DNA of 64,000 nucleotides. Origin: Podarcis vaucheri (lineage: Eukaryota). Below, piece after piece: positions 51,170 through 61,400 of this stretch (its first letter is position 1; each line of letters opens with the position of its first letter). The DNA lies in NCBI GenBank assembly GCA_965113315.1, contig OZ220374.1. One strand, written 5' to 3'. The notes beneath the pieces are model-generated. The model did not search any database. It was not told where the DNA came from and saw nothing but the letters and a program-made list of their open reading frames with translations. A program made the translations under genes and the position numbers.

Positions 51170-52730
51170 GTAAGTTTCATAGAACGCAGCGCGACTTAAG
51201 ACGTGCGAAGAACGGCACCATCAGACTGAAAATCTCTTTGCGCGATTACTCGGGAGTAAGGCGCACGCGCACAAAAAGCATCAACTCTCCGCGAGACGCA
51301 CTTCTTTCCCAAATGGGGCAGCGGTGCGTTACGGAGGAGGATGCATTCGATCGGACTGTATAATAAACTCTCCCGCCGGCTCTCTAGTAGTACAGCGGCC
51401 GGCAGGTTGCCGGTGGGGCTTTTGTGTTTTCTTTTTATTCCCTTTACAACAACTCCCCTCCGGGCCCGTTCTGCCTTCTTTCCCTATCAGGTCCCGGACA
51501 CATCCATCAGCCCCAATGGGAGCTGAGTGTGCAAGCTGACAAGGGATGGATGGATGGAGACCGGGGGTGGCTGGTGGTAGGGATGAAGGGGGGGGCGCGC
51601 TTCTGCTGGTGGTGCTGCTGATGTCAGAGCCAGGAGACAGTTGTGATTGGATCTAATTAGACTTTGCAGCAGCAAATAGACGCGCTCCCTGCATGATCGC
51701 CTTCAAAGTGGCTGCTGGGGCCAAACAACTAGGAGAGAGGTGCAAAAAAAAAAAAAGGGGAGAGAGAGAAAAAGAACGAGAGAAAGAAACAGAAAGAAAG
51801 AAGAGAGAGGGGGGGAGGAAAAAAAGTGGGCGCCGTGCATTTCCTGCCCCTGATAAAGCAAAGGCGCCCTGCGAGTGAGGGAAAGCTGCCGAGGAGGAAG
51901 AAGAGGGAGGGAATCACAGGTGAGCCTCCCGGTCGTCGCCTTTAATTCATTTATTTGGAAACTCTACCTACGCCCGGCGCGCTCTCCGTCCCCGGCTTGG
52001 GAAGCGTCGCAGCGCAGGCACTTGAGCGCAGCTGGCCAAAAGCAAAAAAAATTAAAAAGAGGCGCACGATCCGCGCGCAGCTGCTCTGGGTTTGCTGGTT
52101 CATAAAAGTCCCACCCGGCTTCGTAGACCTGGCAAGCGGCGGCGGCGGCTGCAAAAGTACCACCACTACGGGCGATCGGGAGCAGGGAGGGGGCGTCGCA
52201 GGCAGGCAGCCGACTTTTCTCGCTCTCGCTGCGCGGTCCCCGAGCCAGGCGAGCGCGGAGTCAACGCGCTGCCGCTGCTTCTCCTTGTTGCCTCAACTAC
52301 CGGCGATGACCTCCGTCCTGGGCAGCGGCCGAGCACCGGGGGGGCCGGGGAGCCAACTGAAATGCAAGTCCAAGAGGAGGCGGAGGAGGCGGTCGAAGAG
52401 GAAAGGTAAGCGCTGCCTCTTTATCACTCCCCACCCCTTCCCAAAATTTCCCTTTTGCCTTCGCCTTCTGCCTCTGTTTGGCTCCTGGTTTGATTTTGGA
52501 GAGGTTGGCGGGGCGGGGGGTGTCCTGCTTGTGCCGATTTACTGCGGGGACAGGGACGAAGGGATGGCTTTTTGGTACTCTTGTTCCGATGTGGCATCCC
52601 CCGAGCATCTTCCGGGCGGCTGGTTTCGGGGATGGGCTGTCTCAGTTTCACTCCACCTGCGTTTACCTCCGAAATCCTCCCCGCACCACCACCCAAACAG
52701 GCAGGTAAATGTCTGGCAGGCGGAGTGTGC
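51170..52730 (+). promoter_or_regulatory. CpG-island promoter and 5' UTR of ADARB2
   Basis: Sharp rise in CpG and GC content around the ATG exon. NRF1-like GCGCACGCGCA at ~51261, reverse CCAAT (tgATTGG) at ~51646, purine-rich tract at ~51730-51910, GGC repeats at ~52135. The TSS cannot be determined from sequence. Confidence 0.85.
52306..52405 (+). CDS. ADARB2: First coding exon of ADARB2/ADAR3 (RNA-specific adenosine deaminase B2, catalytically inactive), encoding the R-domain N-terminus
   Basis: ATG at 52306 (gcgATGa) encodes [33 protein letters not shown] plus 1 nt, followed by a strong donor AAG|GTAAGC at 52406. This matches the recalled human ADAR3 N-terminus [34 protein letters not shown] and its 100-nt phase-1 first coding exon. 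Confidence 0.92.
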
Positions 52731-55700
52731 TTGTAAAGGGGGGGATTACAGTATATATTTTACTGTAAGGAGGATTATTTGCGGAGGGCTAAAGCCAAGA
52801 GTGATGGGAAGAGAAAGAGCTTTTTTTCTCCCTCCTTCCCATGTGCTGGCATCAACACAGCCAGATTCCGCAGCGCAAGTCAAAACATCTCTAGCAGGTG
52901 ATTCCTTTGACCCTGTCAGAGGTAAAAAAATTATCACATGATTCGTAAAATGGGTGAAAGTGGGGGGGGGCGACTGGACTAGTCTGAGACTCTGAAAGGT
53001 TTCCAGATTGCAGGTTTTTCATTTGCCTCCTTTTTAAAAAATAAAATAAAATGAGAACTATAATCTCCGTCCCAGCTGATTGTGACAGGGTAAGTATGTA
53101 GCCTTGCTGCAAGTTGGTCGTTTGTTTGCTTTTTTAAAAGGTGTGAGGATAATGGCATCTCATTTGATCACGTTTCACCTCACGGGGTTGTATTTTTTAA
53201 GCGAAGAAGCAGGGTTTGTGCAGTTGGCGGGGGGACCTGGCAGCTACCAGTTCTCTCGCCCTTGCTGTGAATGGGCTTTTCCTGCCAAGGTTTGTTGTGT
53301 TTTTTGAAAGTTAGGGAGTGTGCTAACGCTGCTCTGATTCTCTAAGGGGACCAGCGTTCTATAAATGGCAGAGGAATAATTATCCTAATCCAAAAAAGAA
53401 AGGAGAGAAGCTGCCGGATGTCATAAAACGCTAAAGTCTGCCTGAGATTAAAGGTTTTCCCAAAGCTGTCCTGTTTCCTCGTAAAGGAAGGATGAGACGG
53501 TGCCGGCAGATTGCTAATGCTGTCTCCACAGTTACCATTAAAGATATTGTGAAATCATAGTGGAAAGTCAAGTGACAGGCACAAAGTAAAGCAGAATCTC
53601 ACTCGGGGAAGTGTGTTCTGCTGCAAAGATGTTCAGTCCAAAGTCTCTTATCAGAGCAGCAAAATCCACCTAGTCTAGAGTTGTCTGAGATAAGTTTATG
53701 TCGGCTCACTCAATCACCTCAAGACTCTTTTTTGCAGTTGGGATGGGAATGTTTCTTCCCTCTCTGAGAATTAAGCAGTCAGTCTGTCAGAGGCCTAAGA
53801 TATAGAGGGCACAAGTTTGTGTTTTAATTGTTGGCTCATGTATATGGTGGTTAGATAAGTTTCGGGAGATGCTCAGAATGAAGACATCCATTCTTAATTA
53901 ATTCAGCTGTTTCTATGCTATATCTTCTATCAGTTAAAACTTTCCACAGCAGGCAGCCATGGACAAATTAAACTGTCAGATGTGTCTGTAGGAAGGTCAG
54001 TGAATGAAAAGTTTTGTGTATGCCCTCTTAATCTCCTCTTTGGGTTTTAAGTAAAAATCTTATTTGTAACTTTGGTTGCACAAGGAACTTCTGGAAGTGT
54101 CCTGAGTTCCAGAAATAGTATTTGAAGCATGGGGGGGGGGGCGTTGTCAAAAAAAGTATTTATAAAACTATAAAACTTTGGAGTTTCTTTCAATTGTTAA
54201 ATCTCCAGTGTTATTCTTGTACGCCAGCACTTGCCATTCTGCCTGAGATTTCACATTCTACCTGTAAGGTATCTATTGTACAAAGTGCATGTCAGTTAAA
54301 GCAGTGCCTGCTTTCTAGGAATTTTAAACTTAGTGACATTCTAAATTTGTCTCTTGAACGGAATCAATAATTCATTTCAGCCAATAACTCTGTGTTAAGA
54401 TTGCTTCCTATGCAAATTTCACAAGGCCGCTCTATTTTTAAGCCAATACATTTGAAGAAGAAAAAACCTGTAATGAAGATCCCCTCATTTCTTACACTTT
54501 CCTCTTAATCTCTCTTAGTGTTACTGAGTAACAAAGGATTACTAGTGAAAAGAACAAGTTTGACACATGTTGGCTACTTTGAGGACAGTTAACAGGAGTA
54601 TGGAATTAGGAGTTCAGTCTTAATAACTATGTTAGGGCATTATTCAATCATTTAAGAGAGCTATGTTCTGGAACCGTTTTATAGCTTGTGTTACCTTTTC
54701 GGATAAAAGGTAGCAAAGGGTTTATTTGAAAAATTGATCTCTACTTGAAGACCCACAGTTTATAAAACAAGGTGGATATGGATGTATCCCAACACTGAAA
54801 ATTACATTAAAAAAAACAACTGGGTTTATTTAAAAAAATGCATTTTTTTAAAACCCAGTTTATATTCAACCTGTTGAATTTGATATTTTGATAATAGTTT
54901 GTAAATTGGTGTTTAGTCTGCCTTAGAGGCAATACGATGCTAAGCAGTCCCAGGTAGGGTTTAAAGTGGTTTATTTAGCAATAATTGTATAAATGGCAGA
55001 TAAGAGCAGATCTCTGTAAACAACATGAAGGAATATTTGTTGCTGCTTTTCAAGAAAAAAATGTATCAACATGGTATAGTGGGGGAAAGTGCATTTATGT
55101 CAAATACATACCATTTTCTCTTGGAAAATGGTGAAATATTTCTAATGATATGCACATTTAATGATGTTCCAAAGCATACTTTACTGCATACTCTTATACT
55201 TTTAGAGTGCTAAAAGCAACAACCTGTGTCTGCAAAAATGTTTACATCCACTTCATCATTTAGATGCTTGGTGATACCTTGATACATTTCCGCTTTGCTT
55301 TGAACAGCGAAAGAAAATAAAAGGCTCATATACACTCGCTGTTCAGCTGACAAATGTGCATTGATTATATTTGGAAAACTGAGAATTCTACTGAAAATGT
55401 CTGCGTGATGGATTGACATTTAATGCTGCAAAGGTGTGGTGTTTATTTAAGCACCCGTGTGAAGCTAAAATGGCTGATCTTCATTTGATAATACTGTTTC
55501 CTCATTTCCCCCCCATATACTTTATAGGATTCCCTAACACTGCAAAGGTGTAAAGTTAGTTTTGTAATTTACAACCTCCAGGTATCTGCTTCTTCTTAGA
55601 AGCACTTTGCTATTGTGAATTTTCTCAGGAGGAGAGAAACCTTGATCCTACATTGGATGAAATAGTTTTTAAAAATCAGTATATATTTAGAACTAAAGGA

Positions 55701-55799
55701 TCTGCCTGAGCAGCTTCTCAACTTCTGTGACTGATTCTGAGGTAAATCTGCTGCATGATTTGCAAACGTCAAAGTAATATTGCTTTGTTCTTGGGGCCC

Positions 55800-55918
55800 G
55801 ATCCAGCCAAAGTTAAGTTCCTTTAAGTCACACTGATTTCAGTGGGATACAGAAGGATACATGTAACTTTTCCTGCTCTAATCAATTAAAATTAGAGGTG
55901 CTTAACTTGGGCTGTATT
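55800..55918. mobile_element. Ancient palindromic MITE-like element in intron 1
   Basis: atccagccaaagttaag...cttaacttgggctgtat inverted termini. Confidence 0.5.
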
Positions 55919-56630
55919 ATGTTCTTGCTGTGTGCTTGTTCTATTGTCTTTATAAAAGTGAATCATTCAGAAGATTTTAATATTCAGTCATTTCCAAATG
56001 CCCTTTCCACAGATGCATAACGTGAAAGTTTTTTCTGCTTGCCTCTTGAAATCTGAAACCATAATCTGAAAGCAAACCTTGTGGATTTCAGTAGACCTTG
56101 CTCGGAATAATGTTTAAAAACAAGGTACCACTTACTGACAGCCAATTGGCACATGATTGTAAGCATGCAATATATTTGCTCCATCATTTGGAAGGAGCGG
56201 TGGGAAGCTTGGATATAGGTAAATATGTTATCCTTTTTCATAATCCGTCTAAAGTAAATGAGTGCCAAAATTTATAGAATTATATTTCTCTCTCTCTCTC
56301 TCCAGCAATTTATTGCATTGTCAATCTGTGGTCTGAGCTGACACTGGAAAACAGGTCCAGCGCTTTGGAAGAATTTGCTGTTGTTTAGATTTAAAGCTCA
56401 GCTTTTGGGAGAGTTTTTGGGGTGATGAGTTTTTAAATGCGGTAGATTTTGATAAGCATGCTGAGAAATTGTGGAGTATGTACTGTACAAAACTGGGTAT
56501 CAGCCATGTGAGGGTTTCTAAAAATAGCTTCTTTAGGGACACAAAGCCCTTGGAGATGGCAAAGGTGTATATAAGCATGTATGCCAAAAACACCACCAAC
56601 AAAAAAAACTTTCAGACACCGCTTAGTAGT

Positions 56631-56633
<3 letters not shown>

Positions 56634-56684
<51 letters not shown>
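56634..56684. repeat. (CA)n(TA)n compound microsatellite
   Basis: Read directly from the sequence. Confidence 0.95.
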
Positions 56685-56685
<1 letters not shown>

Positions 56686-58372
56686 TAGTTAGGGGGTTGA
56701 ATTTTTTCCTTGTTTGCTTGTTCCCCAGCAGCAATTAAGCTGACTCATTGTTTGCATGTGGGCTCCCGGGGGTTAGACTAAATCTGAGGCATTTGCAGGG
56801 AGAGAAGTAAACATACAAAGTTAAATGCTACTATCTGGAAGGAGAGGCAAGGTTAACGCTGGCAAAGCAAGCACAAAGGGTTGGTAACAAGGGAGCCAAA
56901 TATGTGCAGCCAAGTAGAGAGGGTGTGTGTGTCTGTAAAAAAAGAGGTTGTGGTGCAATGAAATTTCTGTGGAAATTAATGAAATTAAGGAAAAGGCTAC
57001 TGAGTCCATGCGGATTACCATTGTGCATTCTCCCTGTTACATCAAGGTAATAAATGTGTGTGCTCCATCTTGAGCTAGACTCGGGGACAAATGTCTCCCC
57101 TCACAATAGGCTGAGTGTCGGGCTTTAGGGTGTGCACCTTATCTTACCTTACACGTCCACAACCCCAACAGTTTGTGAGCAAGGGTTGGGATTTGGAGAT
57201 TAAATTAAATTGATTAAAACTTAATACCCATCTTATTTTGGGTTTTCCCTTCCCTCTCTCCCACCCCGGCTTTCACCTTTGATTTCTAGTGATCTGTTAG
57301 GTAGCAATTTGCAATGCCTGAATTTAACGTTTAGAATGAGGGGGAAATTGTGGAATTCACGATTCCATATCTGCGCAGTGGCGGAGCGTTGCATCAATAG
57401 TAGAGCTGCCTCTTTCTAGCAAAAATAATAATAATAAAATGAATGGGAAAGGTTCAAAAGAGCAATAAAATGAAGTACTCTGGCAGCAACAACAAAAAAG
57501 GTAAATGCAGGTACAGGTTAAAATGTGCAATGTAGGAAATTAATCACTTATTTGAGTACTTGGGCTGTTTTACCTTCCAGTATGTATTTTTTTAAAAAAA
57601 GAAAAAAGAAAAGAAAAGAAAAGAGGGGGGGGGAGAAATTTGGTCATGTTTCTTAAGGGTTTTTGTTTTTGTTTCTCCGCCTCATAATTGTACAAGTACT
57701 TGGTGCTTCATGTATCCAAACTCAGGAAATGATTGTTCAATTGAGTGAGACCTCTTGGATCAGCTGAAATCTCGCCCTCCACCCGTATTCAGCTACTCTA
57801 GTGGAGTTTGCTTATTAATTGAGATGAATAGAGTATTTACAAGATTTGGTGACGGGAGTGCCTGTGTTGATACTGACATGTGTGAAATGCCTGCATATAT
57901 ATATTTTTAAAAAAGAAGTAAAGGCTGTGCAGAAATGTTTAATGAAATATCAGAACGCTATAAAGAGAAATCTCTGTGGGTTTCCTTATGCCTCTTCCTT
58001 CCACTTTACAATAGGATAGACAGAACTGCAGTACCCAGGAAGAAAATTCCTGAACGTGGAATCTGCATTCTGCTTGAATATTTCCCTCCATCAAAACAAC
58101 CCTCTTTTATTTCCCGCCTTAAAGTTATACTCCACCCCATTGCTCTTGCTGCACTTCACTGAAGCCCACATCAGACCTTTATAGAAAAGAAACATTGCTA
58201 AGTAACAGTGAATAATTAAATTCAGGAGAAGGAAAGGAAGGTGGTTTCATATGGGTCAAGTACCCTCTACAGAATTACCCGGGCGATGTGAATAATAGTG
58301 AACTTGAATTTCTTCCCAGCTTTATAACCCAATTGTCTCTCTCATCTTGCCAACTGTTTACAAATTTGGTAC

Positions 58373-58373
<1 letters not shown>

Positions 58374-58414
<41 letters not shown>
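58374..58414 (+). repeat. (TG)20 microsatellite
   Basis: Read directly from the sequence. Confidence 0.95.
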
Positions 58415-58418
<4 letters not shown>

Positions 58419-61400
58419 GATTTATCTGGGCAGAAGGGAAGTTTGATAGGCAATGCAAGATCCATCATTCTCCAAGGGCCTGGAACCGTCTTGTCACATT
58501 CCTATGTAAAACCCCTCTGACTCTCGCAAAAGTTGTATAATTTCTGATAGTGGGGGATAAAAGCACACACGCGCCTCCTTTATCTGATCTTTCCCTGTCT
58601 GTTTGCATTGTCCAGGAACACCGGCAACGTAGCAGATTTTTTCAGAAAAGCAAGTTGCGGCGACTGATGAAGTGCAACAATTTGCTAGTTTTTCAAAGGT
58701 GGCTCACGACTGTCAAATAATATGCCTTTAGTATGAATGCATCAAATAATTTGGCAGCTTATATTGCTTGGCCTTTATAACATCACTAATTTATTAATAG
58801 CCTGTTGGAGGCTTTGCTTGCAGTATATGAAAGTGCTATTAATTTCGGCTTCAAAAATGTAATTGGTTGGTATGAAGAACAGAGGCTCATCAGTCAGCTT
58901 GATAGATCTCTTAAGGCAAGTTCCCTGCCTCGAACAAAAAAAAAGCTTCCAAAATGTTAGGCTATAGTAAGACTTCAATGAAAAATAATATGGAAATGAG
59001 AGAAGTGGGGGTGTTATGCCCTTGGCTATATCACATTACTTTTGGTCAAATTGTTTTTTAAAAGGTGATAACGAAAATTATTACAAAATGTGGAAGCAGC
59101 TTGTGTTCCTGGAAAACCTGAAACGGTAGCAACGCTGATGAAATGATGCATAGTTGTGGAGGAAGTAAATTGGGAGGAGATTGTCCTGTCTGAGGAGAGG
59201 AGAACAAAGAGACAGTCACTGGGGGAAAAAATAGCTACAGGGCAGGAGGGGCTGCCTTGTTCAGTGTGGGGGAATTCAACAGCTATGGAGGGAAAGAGGC
59301 CTATGTGTTTATTGGAATCCATGTTAGGTGTATCAAAGCCACTGCTTTGGGACGAGCAGTAGGAAACCAGGCAAAGTGAACTCTTACCGATTTGCCATTA
59401 ACTTTTAATTCAGGCTTCGCAATGAACTGGTACTAACAAGTAGTAGATAAAATGGCCAACAGGAATAATAAGAAACTGGCATGTGGGTAACATTAAATTC
59501 AGAAGGTAACATTAAATTTAGAAAATGTGTGAGATTTTCTTTTTCTCACACCTGCCTGAAAAATACCACTTTGTATCATCCCTCCCCATATATATATAAT
59601 TGGTGGTGGTGGTGGGCACTATTTTCCTCTGTCTGCCCTGCTGCCACCTGAGAAGAACATGAGGTCCTGAAAAAAGGGCAGGTGTAAACTGGAGGCTGTG
59701 TGGCCAACACTGCTGCTGACACCTGCAGTAGCAAAAAGAGAGAGAAGCTTTTCTAGGGGGGAGAGAATAAATAAACTACACTGATGGGTCCCATCCCCGA
59801 GAAACCTCCAGATTTCTCCTTCCCCCCCCTGGAGAAATTTGATGAAATGCTCCCCACCATTTTTCTCCTCACACATAGGGTAGAAAACATCAAGATGCCA
59901 TGTGTGCACAGTTCTAGATAACACTAATCATAATGATTTTATAATTTATATAATAATGATTATATAATGATGATTATTTGTAAAATTTATATAGCTGCTC
60001 AGTGACACGAGTGACAAAAGGTGCCATTAATAATTTTGTCACTCGTGTCAAGGGGCTGATAAATTTTGAGGATGCTGCCACCATCTTTGCGAGTGGAAGA
60101 TCACAACGGGGGCACTGTGCCTTGAGCTAGCCTAGGCCCAAAGCACAGGGTTGTGACACCTTTACCTGCAATGCGTAATGGCACGGCGGTTTATGCACAA
60201 GCATGACGCGTGGCAACAGGGTTGAAGAGGAAGGGGCAGAACTGGTATGGTAATGTGCATGGCATCCCCAAATCATTGTGGTCAGCATGGCACGGTGCAT
60301 TAAGCACCTGAGCAAAAGTAGGGAAGGCTTTCCTGAGAAATTACAGTTTGGGCATTCTAGCCGGGAGTGGGGCTTGCTTTTCAACTTGACTTGGACATGC
60401 CAAGGCTACAGCTCTGCTCTCCTGTTTCAGCTTTGTAGATCTATAGGATCAGAGTACTACTTGCTTAGTACTTGTGCTTAGTAAACTGAGCATATATGCT
60501 CACAAAGAAGCTTCCTGTGTATAGGCAGATTAGCATCATTGTTTTCCATTATGTTCTTCCCCTTTCCCGTCAAATGGCCACAGCTGAGTAGGCAGGGACC
60601 CACAGCACAATGCTGCATTCTCACAGCTGAGGAAGCTAGCAACACTTCCAATTTCCAAGGAGGTGACCACAGCTAGTTTCCCAGGAACCATGCAATTAAT
60701 TCAGTACATCCAATTCATCTCTGAACTTCAAGAAACAGAGACACCCCACCTTCCTACATTGCGGGACGATACCACTTTTACATGGGGGGGGGAGTCTCCA
60801 TTGTGGAATGTGACACAATATTGTGGGTCTGGTGCTGAAAGGGAAAGCATCCCACTGGGAGCTCACGTGACCTGATGCCTAAGGCAGCTTTTTATCTGCT
60901 AGCCTGCATCTCCTCCAGGTACCTTGTTCCAAGATCTGCATCACCTTTGGATGCTTCTCAGCCTGCTTCCATGGGAATCGCCTTCTCCCACGAGCCAAAG
61001 CCATCCAGTAGATCTAGATTCACAATTTCCTGATCCGCAAGTTATATTCTTCTGAAGCCTCACATGTTAAGGGAGTTGTTGAGAAGCAGAGGATCTGTGA
61101 ACTAGCGCTGCACAAGCTGTGCTGCTTCCGTATGTCAGTCGCTTCAGAGATTTGGGAGCAATAGTCCGGCATGTAAAAGGGCTCGATGGCTAGCACCCTT
61201 CTTTTCTGTAAGAGCATCCCATCCCTGCTCTGCATCTGGGTGCTCAATTAAGACTGCAAGCATAAGCCAGTCAGATCAAGAGTTGCAGGCTGGAAGTGGG
61301 TGGGGTGTTCAAGCTGTGCAAAATCAGTTTCAACCCACAGGCTGCCCAGTATGCATGAATTTGTATTTTCATGAGAAAGTTGTTGTCATTATCAGCAGCA

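Noticed and set aside
51200-51650. REST/RE1 site in this neuronal promoter
   Set aside because: Only partial CAGCACC-like half-sites were seen, with no full 21-bp match.
51955-52941. 328-aa ORF as a stand-alone single-exon gene
   Set aside because: It starts at TTG. Only the central 33 codons are recognisable and they end at a canonical donor. The rest is UTR and intron.
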